A stretch of DNA of 64,000 nucleotides, taken from the NCBI GenBank assembly GCA_030295235.1, contig AP026132.1:992001-1056000 (forward strand), read 5' to 3'. Every line of letters begins with the position of its first letter. The stretch's first letter is position 1. This DNA is from Fistulifera solaris (taxonomy: Eukaryota). The position numbers and the translations under genes were made by a program. Positions 24,686 through 37,607 of this stretch are shown here, piece by piece. The notes beneath the pieces are model-generated. The model saw only the letters and a list, made by a program, of their open reading frames with translations. It was not told the DNA's origin and made no database searches.

Positions 24686-25183
24686 ATGGGTGATTCGGAC
24701 TCTGATATCCAACAACAAACAAAGCAATATTTATCGGAAGGAAGCTTGTTGCTGTCGAGGGTGGCTTCTTTTCTTCCGAAATTAAAACAAGCAAATGAAA
24801 CGCTCCTCGACACGAATTCGAATGCCGTCATTGAATTGGAGAAACGAAATGACGACAGTGACAGCGACAACGAGAGTACAACTGTGTCGGACGAATTAGA
24901 CACTGACGATAAATCAAGAGGACAGGTAATCGAGATGAACATAGCAATGGGCGACGTGTCCAACAATCCTGTGTTTCAAATGCTTGGAGGCGACACAAAG
25001 GACTCGGATGATTCAGAGAGCGAAGCTTCGGAAAAAGAAACTTCTGCTACAGAAAATGCTATTCAGAATTTACTCAATCGCAAAAGAACAAGTGCGTCGG
25101 GTGGAGAGGAAATAATGACGCCACAGAAGAAATCTAGTACCCCTCTTATCAAGGTCATCCATGAGTCGAATAAATCCGCATAA
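24686..25183 (+). CDS. DUF4598/C12orf45 (NOPCHAP1)-like acidic protein
   Basis: LLSRVASFLPKLKQANETL, an acidic linker, then IEMNIAMG. Confidence 0.65.
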   Translation: MGDSDSDIQQQTKQYLSEGSLLLSRVASFLPKLKQANETLLDTNSNAVIELEKRNDDSDSDNESTTVSDELDTDDKSRGQVIEMNIAMGDVSNNPVFQMLGGDTKDSDDSESEASEKETSATENAIQNLLNRKRTSASGGEEIMTPQKKSSTPLIKVIHESNKSA

Positions 25184-25225
25184 CAGTCTAGTAGTAAGCA
25201 TTCATGAATATCTTTACCGTTGTCT

Positions 25226-26562
25226 CTATTTTTCCTGGGGGTTCATTTCTCGCAAAAGTACAGCAATACTTGTAGGAGGCACAATGCCCAGTTCGGTCAC
25301 GATCCCACTCACAAAGGATGCGGGTGTCAAATCATACAGGAGGTTGAGTCGTTTGGAATTGGTTGTGTCTCCGTCTGTGCTGACGAGATTCGGGTCGCCG
25401 AGTTCGTTGTTCGTGATACTCTCCAATTGTACTCGGTTCGAAATCTTATAAGTCTCACCGCACACCAAAACAGGTATGTTGTGTGCGGCGGCTACTATGG
25501 CAACGGATGCCGTGCCAACTCGACCCATAACAGAACCATCGCTCATCATGGCAGCCGTACCCAGCAACACTTTGGTAACGTCTTGGAATACGTACGTCAT
25601 CGCATTGAGCAAAATGTAAGTGCACGGAATCCCTAATTCACGAATTTTCTCCAATTGCTTCTTGCCCTCTAGCAGTGGGCGACTATCTACCAGGATGACG
25701 CGAAGCTGCCGGCACGCCGATACAGCGCCTTGCAGAATTTTGGTAATTACCTCCGAATGACCGTAAACGAGAAGAACTTCGTCACGGTCACGCAACAATT
25801 TCTGACACGTCAAATCAGCTATAGCCGCCATGGCGTATTCAATTCTTTCGCGTTCGTAAGCGTGAATACTTTCCTGCAATTTGTCGACACATGCCATGGC
25901 ATCCAAATCACGATCCAAACTAGCCACTGCTGTCTTCAGAAATGTAAAAGCATTCCCCATACTGACAGAATGCGGTCGACAATGTTCCGTCCAGTAAGTG
26001 AAGGCCGGCTTTAAAATCATTTGATCAATTGTTTGACGGAAATCTTCGTCCGTTGAATTCGACGCATTGACATAATCCGGCAATATTGCGGCAAACGTCT
26101 CCAGCATCGCGCGACAGCGGCATTGCCCCCTCGGATTTGGCCCGTGGAGAAGCGATAACCTGTCTCTACTACGGCAGGGTGTAGCTGTGTCGTATCGGCC
26201 CCAATTGATGCTCTCAGTGTAGCGCCCGTTTCAAACAACAGTTCTGGATCCTGATGAGCTTTCAAATGCGAAACTAATCCTCCAGCCGTTGATCGGGTCG
26301 TAGCCGTTTTGGGTGTATCCGCGGGTTGATTTGGCGGCTGCTGTTGAGGCTGCTTCGGTGTACTCGTTGCAGAACTTTTCTGTTCATTCGTTGGAGGCTT
26401 GCCACCTCCCTGATTTCCTTGTTGAAGAGCAGATTTCGCTGCTCGCTGCTGCTCCTGGAGAGCACGTCTTTCTGCCTTCGAAAGCTTCGGCTTGGGCGGA
26501 GGAATCACGAGATTCGCCGGCTTCTCCTTCTTCGGTTTTTCGACTTTTGTTTCTGTTGACAT
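25226..26562 (-). CDS. EIF2B4: Translation initiation factor eIF2B delta subunit; frameshift near 26120
   Basis: KLSKAERRALQEQQRAAK, LHPAVV, IRGGNA, CRPHSVSMGNA, VDSRPLLEG, RVGTA, NELGDP and YDLTP. Confidence 0.93.
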
Positions 26563-27107
26563 ATTTATGAAGTCAATTGTGTTGAAAATGGTTTTTATTT
26601 GAACAGGCAACAAAGTGAGTCCTCGATCAACGCGTGTGCCGTTGCTTTTACATCCTCTGTCCGCAAAAAATCGCATCGAGCGCTCGCATAATAAGAGTCA
26701 CGAGTATTCTAAGTCCCGATCACTCACCGATAGACAAGCAGACCGTTGGGCGCTGCGGAGTTAGTACCACTGTCATGTTTAGTCTAGAGACTACCAGGTA
26801 CGTAGTACTTCTTAGCGTTTCGCGTCAGAATCCAAAACGGTGGCTGGTTTCTCTAGTACTATTTCTGTCACAAAAATCTGAGTTCAGAAGCGCGTCGGGC
26901 CACACGTGCTGTACAAACTACGATAGTGTCAGAGGGTCCCAGTCTCAAGACAATAAGCCGCGCTTTCTTACAAGTGACTTTTTGACTTTCGAAAATGAAA
27001 AACGGAAAACGCAATCATTGATGTCATTCCTGATTATTTTTCGTGTCTTATTACCGTATGCTTGTCAATCTTCTCACAATCCTATTCATTCTTGTTGCTG
27101 TCGAAAC

Positions 27108-27966
27108 ATGGATGAAAGATTGAAACCAACGTTGCTCAGTCGTCTTGGGGGCGAAGACGCTGTTCGTATGGTCATAGATGAGTTCTATGAACGGCTTCTG
27201 GTCGACGAATCGATATCGTTCTTTTTCCAGGGAATTCAAATGCCGCTCATGAAATTGCATCAGATAGAATTTTTCACCATTGCGCTTACTGGGTTTCCCA
27301 AAGGTGTCGATGTGGGTGAGATTATGATTGAAACCCACAAAAGGCTGTTTCAAATACAAGGACTCAACAAAGAGCATTTCGACATCATAGGTAGTCACTT
27401 GGTGGCAACATTGCAGAATAATTTGGTTCCCCAAGAGCTAATCAATGAAACAATAGGCATCATAGCGCCACTAAGAGCGGCTTTCGAATTGGGTGCGCAG
27501 CTTTATGGGGTCGGCTTTCAGATGTCGGACAAGGATTGCCATGAAGAGAAAAAAGACAGATGACTGGACTCCGACTGGAAGTCTGTCATTATTAGAAAAG
27601 CTAGGAGGAACGACCGCCGTGAAAGCAGCCGTGGACGAAATGTATTTTCGGATATTGGGCGATCCGGAGCTATCTTATTTCTTTGAAGGAGTCGACATGA
27701 AATGGATGAAGCGCCATCTGATCAGTTTCATGAAGATGGCATTCGAAGAGGCAATTCCTCGTGATCTTAATGTAAAGGAATTCTTGCGCCAAAAACACTG
27801 CAATCTATTCCAGGATGGTCTTTCCCAGAATCACTTTGATATGGTGGCCAAGCATTTCATCGACAGTCTCTCGCACTTGTGTATCGCGAAAACGCTGATC
27901 GACGACGCCGTAAATATTGTCGCGCCCCTGCGCGATGCGTTCGTCAATAAATCGCTCGCGGAATAG
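27108..27966 (+). CDS. Two tandem group I truncated (2/2) hemoglobin domains, probably one di-domain protein with a frameshift near 27550
   Basis: Each half has L..LGG..AV...D..Y, FF.G..M, a proximal His, HFD and APLR. Confidence 0.85.
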
Positions 27967-28526
27967 ATTGTCAGCAGCATCTGTAATATAGCTTATACAT
28001 AGTTCCGTCCGCTCAACAACAATGCCGATAACAATACCTATACAGTACCTGGTAGAACTAATACCTCTCTAATGACTAAAATTCGTCTGTTGATGTACTA
28101 ATGTCTTTTATTCGGCAAAGCACAGTACCTTCTGAACAAAATAGACAATGAATATTATCCATCTATGATTGCTTCTTCCTTAGTTTGAGGGCACAATTTC
28201 GGGACTGAAAGCTAGACTATTGCCTCGGAGAAAATTGCTTACCTGGAACAGTTCAAGTGTACGTGATTCAATTATTCCGAAAGGACCCGGATTGCACCTC
28301 TCCGCACTTTTGGCGAATTTTCCTTATACTGCAGTACCGGTGCGCCACGATTCAAGATCGCGCGTTTTCGTTGCGCGCATAAACTGCGCGATGTGTCCTT
28401 CGGAGCTTTGGCCGTTGTTGAATGTCGCTTTGATTCTCGCCCACCGCGTCTCTCACTTGTAGTATTCATGCATCGAATTTGATTGATATACTGCATTGCA
28501 CGTTACATTTCGATCGCTAGATTGCC

Positions 28527-31500
28527 ATGGATAACCCAAGCAATCCTGTGAAACAAGAAGACGAACCACCAACGGCGGAAACCGCTGCAGAGACCGCATT
28601 GCGGTCATCCACTTCACCCGATCCTACCACCGGACGTCAACCGCCTTCTCCGCATGGGTTTGGCGGGGCTTCGTGGCCTGCACCGGGTCAGGGTTTTGCA
28701 GCTACGCGCCGTTTACCGACGCAGCTATCCAGTTCTGTCGCTGCTAGCGAATCGAAAGAATCTTACCCAAGCGAAGATGTCAAGTCGTCCGCTGTGACAT
28801 TAGCACCGGACGGATTTCCTTACCGAACTGACGATTCTACTCCTTCGCCACCAGCAACATCGCCCAAAGGAATGAAATCAAGCCTCCATCCTTCGATGAC
28901 TCTCCCAGAACGTACTCCTTCTCCCCCGACACCAAAAGCGCCCCAAGGAGCGAGCCTCAATCCTTTGACTGAAACGAGACCGCCAAATACTCCTTCTCCT
29001 ACGTTAGCGGCTGCACTGAATCCAGCTACACAGTTCATCATCAAGCCAACCTATTTGACGTTGCCGCCTGACAGAGAACATACTCCTTCGCCATCGTCTA
29101 ACATGTATCATTCGGCGCAACCGGAATCTCCTGGTACGAGATATCTGCGACTTGCGGCGCAGGCGCAGCCCGTACAACAACCAGTCCGTGAGTTGAGAGT
29201 TGAAGATGCGCTCATCTATTTGGATGATGTCAAGCGCGAATTCAAACAGCAACCCGCTATCTACAATGAGTTTCTTCTAATCATGAAGAATTTCAAGACT
29301 CAAGAAGTCGATACCCCTGGAGTGATTGAGCGGGTGAGCAAATTGTTTCGAGGCTACAACAAGCTGATTCTCGGCTTCAACACGTTTCTCCCGGAAGGCT
29401 ATAAAATCAGCTTGGAAGATCTGCAGAAGAAAGAAGCCGAAGAACAAGCAATGGAAGCTGCCGAAGTTGCCTCCAAGACCAACGAAGCTCCTCCGGTAGT
29501 CGCGGGTCCTCCCGCCGCGAAACCAGCTCCGATTCGTAAAATGGCAGCTCTGCCTACGGCCCAAGTCAAAGCTAAGTCACCGCCCAAACCGATTAAAACA
29601 GCACCAGTAGCCGCACCGGTGCGGTCCAGTCCTACTTTGAAGGCCAAGGCTCCCGTCGCGCAACAACCGGCTCCGCCACAGCAGCATCAAGCGGTGGAAT
29701 TCGATCACGCCATTTCTTACGTGACAAAGATCAAGCGCCGCTTTGCCAATGATCCGAGTATCTATCACCAGTTTTTGCAAATCTTGCACAACTATCAGCG
29801 CGAGCAACGCGGTATAAAAGAAGTACTCGAGCAGGTCGCTCACTTGTTTCAAGATCATCCCGATCTGTTGAAAGAATTCACCTTCTTTCTACCCGATGCT
29901 GTACAAGAACAAGCAAAAGAACGTCTTCATCGGGCTGCCGCCGAGTCGGAACACAGGAAACGCCAGGCGGAAGAGATTCAAGAAAGGGAGATCCATCGAA
30001 AGAGTAACAGCACCGATCCTTCACCAAGACTAATCGACATGACCAGAGCGCAGCAGGAAGAAGCATCACGCAAGCGTTCCTTGGAAGACCCCGAGTCGTG
30101 TGTCTATAATTCAGCGGTGGAGCGTCAGTTTTTCGATGCAACAAAGGAAGCCCTGACGGCTTATACCCGAGACGGGGGGTCAGGCGTGGGCTGAGTTTTT
30201 GAAGTGCTTGGATATGTATGCTCAAGATATTTTGTCTCGTCAGGAGATGCTGAATTTCGTGGAACCGCTTCTTGGAAAGCGCCATACCAAATTATTTGAA
30301 GAATTCAAGCGCATTTTGGCATCTGCTGGTCAACCTCGTCCTACGGAAGAGTCCTGGTATTCTGTGCCGCTCGCTGAGATCGATTTTAGTCGGTGCCGAC
30401 GCTGCAGCCCTTCTTATCGAGCTTTACCGCGAGATTACCCCTCGCACCCGTGCAGTGATCGTAGCCCGGAAGAAGCCAAGGTATTGAATGACGTATGGGT
30501 CTCACTCCCCGTTGGTAGCGAAGAGAGTTACACGTTCCGTCACATGCGTCGCAACACGTACGAGGAGACTTTGTTTAGAGTTGAAGATGAACGATTCGAG
30601 ATTGACATGGTCCTTGATAGTAATGCAGCAACATTGCAGCGACTGCTCCCTATCGCGGAAGAAATTGCTATCCTCGCAAAGGAAGAGACGCTTCCCTTGG
30701 ACATCATGGCGAGTTCGTCGGATGCTACCGGACTGGGTGCCAAGCGTTTTCAGTACACATTTGACAGCAAAACGCTTGGCGTCATCCACCGGAACACAAT
30801 CTCCCGAATCTACGGTGATTCAGGTGGCGAAATGTTGGAATTGATGGTCAAGAACCCCACAGTCGCTATTCCTCTCGTAGTCCAGCGCTTGCAGCAAAAG
30901 GATAGGGAATGGCGAGCCGTCCGCGAGCGTCTAAACCGTCATTGGAAGGAACTTGCCGAATTGAACTACTACAAGAGTTTAGACCACCGTGGATTGACGT
31001 GGCGGAATATTGATAAACGAGCAACCAGTACGCGCATCATGATTTCTGAGATTAAGGATCGAGCCGCAAACGGTGGCGCTGAAGGAAGCGAAGCTCTCAA
31101 GCAGAAACTTGAGAAGGCCAAAGAAGAACATGGAACCTTTTATGAAGTCACGATGGGAGATACCATGGCGACTAATCTCGATTTGACGTTTTTGCCCAAA
31201 CCGGATCGCCGTATTTTTACGCCCCACATGAGCTTGTTCTACGAGAACAACTCATGGGTCCAAAGGACGCATTCCGTATTCTTGCCTTCGCGCTGGAGCG
31301 AGGTTCGACTTCTCCCGCAGACAAAGAAAGATGTCACCGTTTATGGGTTGAATTTTTGGGTCCCTGGTTTGGGCTTTCCCTGAATTGGATGCAACAACCG
31401 GCAGTAGCATACCAGGAATCGACCGCTGCGTCCCAGACCAAGGTCTCCATCGCAAGTTCTGCGCCCTTGGTTAGCGAAGACGATGAAAGCATGGTCAACA

Positions 31501-32402
31501 ATGCAGAAGCGACGGAAAAGTCGGCCGTCGATAATGCAAACGGAGATGATGATGAGACTGATCATCATTCATTACCACCCGACACGATTGTATCGACTAT
31601 CTATGGTGATGGCACGATACTTGAATATCGGAAGGCAGAGCGAATCTACGTCGTTCAATTGCTGTCATGTGGAGCCAAAGGATACCTTCGGCCGACTTCT
31701 ATCCTCTGCAGTCTCCTCCCTGTGGAGAAGTCAGGATATACGCAGAAGCTTCGTGAAAGCGATCGTACGCGACTGGCCAGACCCGGTGATCAGCTTGCGT
31801 TCGGTACACAGAGTTTGTACTTATTCTTCAGGCTACACTTGATTCTTGTACAGCGGCTGAACACAGCCAAGCGACTCGCTTACTCTGTGGATAAGGACAG
31901 CTCTTTGATTACTTTGATCGAGCAGGTACCGACGGGTAACAGTAAAGCGACAGGCCGTGCTCGCTATGAAGCATACTTGTCCTTGCTGTACGCTTCGTTA
32001 GACGGAGGTGTAGGAACTTCTGCTGAAGGAGGCAAATATGAGGATCGCGTGCGAAGCCTGTTGGGACACGGCGCGTATGAACTGGCGACTCTTGATAAGC
32101 TCATCTCGTACATCTGGAAAAACTTGCAGAGTCTGGCAGGGGATGAAACGATGTGGAACTTGATTCAACTGTATCGTCGACATCAGGAGACTGGCACTTT
32201 CCATCCGGAAGCATTTCGTCAGGAAGCTGCCTTCTTATCCGACGGTGAAGTGATGTATGCATTTCAGCACTGCCCCCTCAGTGGTAAGGATGAGTCGGTG
32301 CTTTACGTTGAGCTGGTAGGTGTGATGGACGAGGAAGACGAGCCGATGGAAGAGTTTGACGAAGTCCCTGTCGAGCCGAACCAAAAGCGCCAGAAAAGAT
32401 GA
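28527..32402 (+). CDS. SIN3: Sin3 transcriptional corepressor; frameshifts near 30178 and 31265
   Basis: PAH1 (VEDALIYLDDVK...GFNTFLP), PAH2 (FDHAISYVTKIKRRF...FTFFLP), HDAC-interaction domain (PSYRALP, VLNDVWVS, EDERFEID, YYKSLDH), and C-terminal YLFFRLH / YEDRVRSLLG. Confidence 0.93.
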
Positions 32403-32694
32403 ACATGGCTTCCACCAAATCTGTTACATTTTAGTAAAGCATTACAAAAGATATTGAGTTTCCAATCAATTTGTGGTACTTGTAGACTGCATTGCTTCAA
32501 TTAACGTCTTGGCCCGACTAAATGGTCTTTTTAGTTTGCTTTGTAATTGAGATCAGCGCGCTTCTATCGCACCATTAAGCACGATGGTTCGAGTCAGTCG
32601 TATAGGATAGGCAAACACTTCAGTTACTGTTATGAGACATTTTCAAATTATGTACAAGGGACTTGCATTAGGAATCAACAGAAGAACACTTCAC

Positions 32695-33168
32695 TCATTC
32701 ACTGAGTCGGGTCATCATAATTTTCAAAGGACGCAAAACCGGAGGAGCCACTCGAACGAATGGACGATCTGTCCTTGCATCATATCCTGCTTCCAAGAAC
32801 TTTGTTCGGAACCTTTGAAGTGTTTCAAGCACGCTGTTTGGTAATGCCATGAGAAGCCTCCCGGTACTGTCTAGAGTGAACGGAATGATTTCGTCAATGC
32901 TCATCATCCCACTTATTTTCAGATGCGCTGTAGTCTCAGAAAGAACACTGATTTGAAAGGTTTGCTCGCCGAGGAGGGGAAAACTCATCGTCTGTTGATA
33001 GGTAGCCCCAGGCGGCAGGGCCCCTCTTGGTATAGGTCTCGCTTCGGCAAGCGGCTGAACGAATGCGGCCGTCATTGAGTGCCTTGGTCGCACAATGGTA
33101 CTGCCTTGAACACGAGGGACATGAGCCGCCAGTAGCAGTAACAGAACTATCACACTCTTGAGACCCAT
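32695..33168 (-). CDS. Hypothetical protein with a signal peptide
   Basis: MGLKSVIVLLLLLAAH N-terminus followed by a globular-looking region. Confidence 0.55.
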   Translation of the reverse strand: MGLKSVIVLLLLLAAHVPRVQGSTIVRPRHSMTAAFVQPLAEARPIPRGALPPGATYQQTMSFPLLGEQTFQISVLSETTAHLKISGMMSIDEIIPFTLDSTGRLLMALPNSVLETLQRFRTKFLEAGYDARTDRPFVRVAPPVLRPLKIMMTRLSE

Positions 33169-34431
33169 TGGATAACACTGCTTCTCGGTCTTTGATTGCG
33201 TTACTTGATTATGAGAGCCAATGCCTTTGATTCGTTGCCAAATTCTCGTTGTTGTCGTTGTTCCTAGAAGCTCTGTGGTTGCGACGCAATGGCGCGATGA
33301 CGATGATGGCGTCAGTTTCACAAAATGAGAAAGAAGTTTTACGTCCGACGAGATTTTACTGGAACAATGGGCTGTTGTACACTCATGTATGGCACTGACT
33401 CAATTCTTGTTTTACTTTTCGAGGTAGAGTGATAGGTGCTGTTTCCATAAAACATTATTATTTAGAACCTTTCTTTTAAATGCGAACCAATAGTCGTGTT
33501 TGTTTGAAGCACTATCGGATAGTATGTAGGTTGTATGTGCAAATGACCGTACCAATTCTCGCGCGCCAATGCTCAACGTTCAACGTCGATCTCTCGACTA
33601 TATGTTTTCAAGTAGGCTTACTGGCTACCACGTAAAAAGTACCATTTAAGCGATAACGAGACATTGACTCATTAATGCGCAACAATCCGCAAAGAATTTC
33701 GAAGGGGAAGGAATTGCGGCGAAGTGGGAAAGTTTTGCGCTTAGATCGTTTGTCGCAACAAGCTAGGCGACACAAAACATACTTAGCAATCATTCTTTGT
33801 TGATAAGAACAATGAGGAACACAGCGGAAGGCCGTCTCAAGCATTGCTGGAAGCTGGAAGTCCTTTTGATTTGGTGTTGTAAAAACAAGGCAACGCCGCC
33901 GCCGACTTCTTTGTCGAGCTTTGACTGAACGAATGAATCATCTTTGTTTTAGTGCATGCCTCTCTCTAGCCGATTTGCAACAGAGGTTTATGACGGATTC
34001 CTATGCTTTGTAAGCAATACCGGAGTATTAATTGGTTTCGAAAACTCTAATTTTCTCGTAGCATACGACTTCCGACTTCGTCGTGATCATGCTTCGACTG
34101 ACTTGTAAGTTAGTATTCTAGTGGCAGCACGAACTGCTCTAGTCAAGCTTGATTGTTTGCACTGAAATCATTCGAATGCATTTCATTGGCGTGAAGTGAC
34201 TTGGAACCTTTATTATTTGGAGTTTATCTAAAACAATAAGGATTGCGGAGAAAACCAGTCCCAGACAGTGACGAATCATGAGACGCGCGTCAGGTGGGTA
34301 ACCTTACACTTACACGCGTTGAACACGACACTTTTCACAACAATCAAATATCGGAGTCTTGAGAGGGCGAAAGAATTCAATCTTCGGCAGCGTAACAAAG
34401 GCATTGTCATCGAACATTGACATTGCGGTCA

Positions 34432-36238
34432 ATGGGTCGTACTATTTATAGAAGTGGCGTGTTACGCCCGGTCGTTTTCCTGCTTGCTTTCTCAATATGC
34501 CGACTGATGATCTTTGCGATTCGTATAGCGAACGCAAAAGATGCTGAACCGCTCGGAAGTGCTTTCGCAATACCTGTTCAATTGCCGTCAACTGGGGATG
34601 ATACCAAACACAATCAACACAATTATAAAAGGGACGAGAAAGATGTTATACGAGACAACGATACATTTAGTTTTCACAAAACCCGAGAGCAAACCGAGAC
34701 AACGGATTATAGCAATCATCAGGTGGACTTCCTCGAATGGAGTAAGAGCGTTATGGGTATTGAAACAATACTGGAAATTCAGACTTTCGACTATTACGAT
34801 TATACACGAGAACTCGCTTCAAAAAATTTTTTAAACGATTGGGATAATGATGATGATATTTCTTTTCTCTCTGAGGACGAGGTCAATTCTCCCCTACTTT
34901 CTGTTCGTGGGCTAGCAGCTTCTAGGGACATTTCTGTGGGAGAAGTCGTCATCGAAATTCCTTTTCTCAGCTTGCTGAGCATACCAACAACAATCGATCG
35001 AGATCCGGTGCTATCAGAGCTCATGGGACCGTCCGCCAGAGACAAACATGGCTGGGCCATTTCTTCCACTGGGAGCAGTGCACAATTCATGGAGGACCCA
35101 GAAATCGTTTCGCTTCACGAGCTTGCACTTCTAGCAGTAGCGCTGCTCTATCACAAAAGTTTGGGAAATGGGTCGCCTTTGGAAAAGTATGTTGAAGTCC
35201 TACAAGCCACCCCACTTGACTCTATGCCCTTTCTCTGGTCACGTGATAAGATGCAACAATCCTTTCTGATTCTTCACGAAGGGATTCGTAGCGTTGCAAT
35301 GGGACTACGAAAGGATATTCGTGACATGTACAAATCCATCGTTTCGGTGTTGCTTAAGGATCATCCCGAATTATTCACTGAAGAAATGCTTTCGTTTTCT
35401 GAATTTGAATGGGCGTTTGCTATCGTTAATTCGCGACACTGGCAGCTGCAAATCGATGATCTAGCGCCAGAGCATGTGAACAATCCTCACAGACAAGTCC
35501 GCTCGCACGCATTTATCGAGGACCAAGTACCGCCGGCGGAAATGCCAACTGACGCATGGGTTCTTGAAAACGAGGAGAATGATGTAGACGACACTTTAGA
35601 TGACGTTCCGGCGGATTTGGAAGAGAATGAGCATCACGCTTCACAACCATTCGAAGCGGCGATGACAAAACACTCTTTGTGGCGCCAGTGGCTGACTTGC
35701 TAAATTTTGGGCCGCCTTGCACCCGAGGTCATTACAACGCAGAGACGAAGACCTTTCAAATCATTTCGACGTGCCCCTTTCGGAAGGGACAGGAAGTCAC
35801 CTTTTGGTATAGTGACAAATGTGACTATGTAATGATCGGCATGTACGGCTTTACTCATCCGGTAAGTATGATTTTCGCCAAATGGCGTTGCAAGTGGTCA
35901 ATATGCAGACTCACTTCTTCCGAAACACCTAGATGATCCCACCCTGCCCTTCAATAGGGGAGTTTAGGTCCCAGCTCGACGAATCAAGGCGGACGATTGA
36001 CGTGCTCGAAGATATACTTGACGATGTGTACACTGAATTGGAAGCAACAAGCTCTGCTCTCGATAAAGCCGAAGAAATTCTGGAAGGATGTGGGGATTGT
36101 TGCGACTACGTAATTACCCCAAGGTCGAAACAACCAGCCTCCTCTGGGAGTGTCAGAGGGTCGCATCCCCACGACGAGTCGATTGTAGGGCGGCGAAGAA
36201 TTCGGATGCACAGAGACACGAGAGATACCGAATTTTGA
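34432..36238 (+). CDS. Rubisco-LSMT-type SET-domain methyltransferase with an N-terminal hydrophobic segment; frameshift near 35677; intron 35862-35932
   Basis: RGLAASRDISVGEVVIEIP, FEWAFAIVNSR, APVADLLNF and GQEVTFWY...YGF. Confidence 0.82.
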
Positions 36239-36367
36239 GGCTTTAAAAAGTTTAAAACCCAAAAACCAATTGGATGTAGTGTATCTAAGCATGTTAGATG
36301 ATGTCTATTCCGGAAGTACCTGTCGCCTCTCTAGTCACACCACGACTTTTTTTACGAAAATTAATCT

Positions 36368-36702
36368 CTATTCCTTCGTTAATTGAAAGATCTTGGGCGC
36401 TACGCACTTGTCTTGGCACGCCAAAACATCGAAAAACCAACCCTCGCAATCGCCCTGCTTGGTTTCCGTGATACGCTTCACGCAGTCATCATAAAGCTGC
36501 TGCACTTTGGGGCACTGCTTCGCGCATTCCTGTCGAATTGCCTTGATATCAACACTTTCCGACTGCAAGAGAAATACGAGTTGTATAAAGATTAAAATAA
36601 TTAGAGTTGTTGAGGGTCGGCGGTCGGCAGACGGCATCAAAAGGCAAAAAATTGAATCATTTTTAACGTGCTCGTTTCGCTTGGCTTTCAAGGACTTACC
36701 AT
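36368..36702 (-). CDS. QCR6: Cytochrome b-c1 complex hinge subunit QCR6; the first coding exon is only the ATG; intron 36563-36699
   Basis: IRQECAKQC...YDDCVKRI...GDCEGWFFDVLACQDKCVAPKIF. ATG|GTAAGT donor and TTGCAG acceptor give a 65-aa product. Confidence 0.9.
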
Positions 36703-37607
36703 TCTGAGATGGCTTTTTAAAAATATTAATTTGAAGAAGTCTGTCGAGTGAAGAGGGAAGAGATTGTTGGACAACACCAATAACAACTTTAGAGGCAGAC
36801 CTTTTGTTGCGCAAAGCGCAAAGCCACCAAGCGAAAGCGAAGGACAGCGCGAGCGTCGAACGGGCGGTGTTTTATTACGCAAGCAATGACGTCATCAACG
36901 TAACAAGTGGTTTGTGAACCAGTCGCATCGTAACCCGTTATCGCTTGCAATATTATTTCTCTACGACATCAATCTCCGATGTCCCAACTTTAAAGGGCTA
37001 CAGTATAAATTATAAAAATGTCTTCAAACCAGTGGCTTCAACCGGACAGGCGAAAGCGGAAAACGCCAGCCGATCTATTTCCATAATTATCCAATATTTA
37101 GAGAAAGTTCCTGTCTCCTGTCTCCTGTCCATACAAAGTAGTTGTGAAAAGTAGACACGGTACCAAAATGCTCTCCAAATGCCTCCTAAGTATTCATATT
37201 TTTCATGTTTCAACAGCTAAATGATAGTACATTTTACTTGACTCTTAAAACGTCCGGCCGGTCAAAGCCCGCAAGACTCCTCAAACACACGTAAATTTGA
37301 CATGATGGAGAGGCTCGCGGCATGACGTTCGCTGCAATGGAGAGATCGAGCACACGGCGACGGCGCACGACATCCAAAAATCCCTCAACGACTCCCTTGT
37401 CCCTTCGAAGTTGTTTGTTGTTTCGATGTTCACAAATACTTGCGGTTAACTATCATCTAAGTGCGCCGTGAGATAATACGCATCGTGAAACGAGTAGAGA
37501 TTACTATCAAAGCGATAAGATTTTCATTACATTCACGCAACTAGGGGTTTGCTGCAAGTTGCGACGAGGATAAAACAATTTCTTTGAGCGAAAATCGACC
37601 GTACCGT

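Noticed and set aside
26634..27107. Long N-terminal extension of the globin ORF
   Set aside because: Starts at GTG, spans the divergent promoter with eIF2B-delta and has non-coding-like composition. ATG 27108 fits the globin start.
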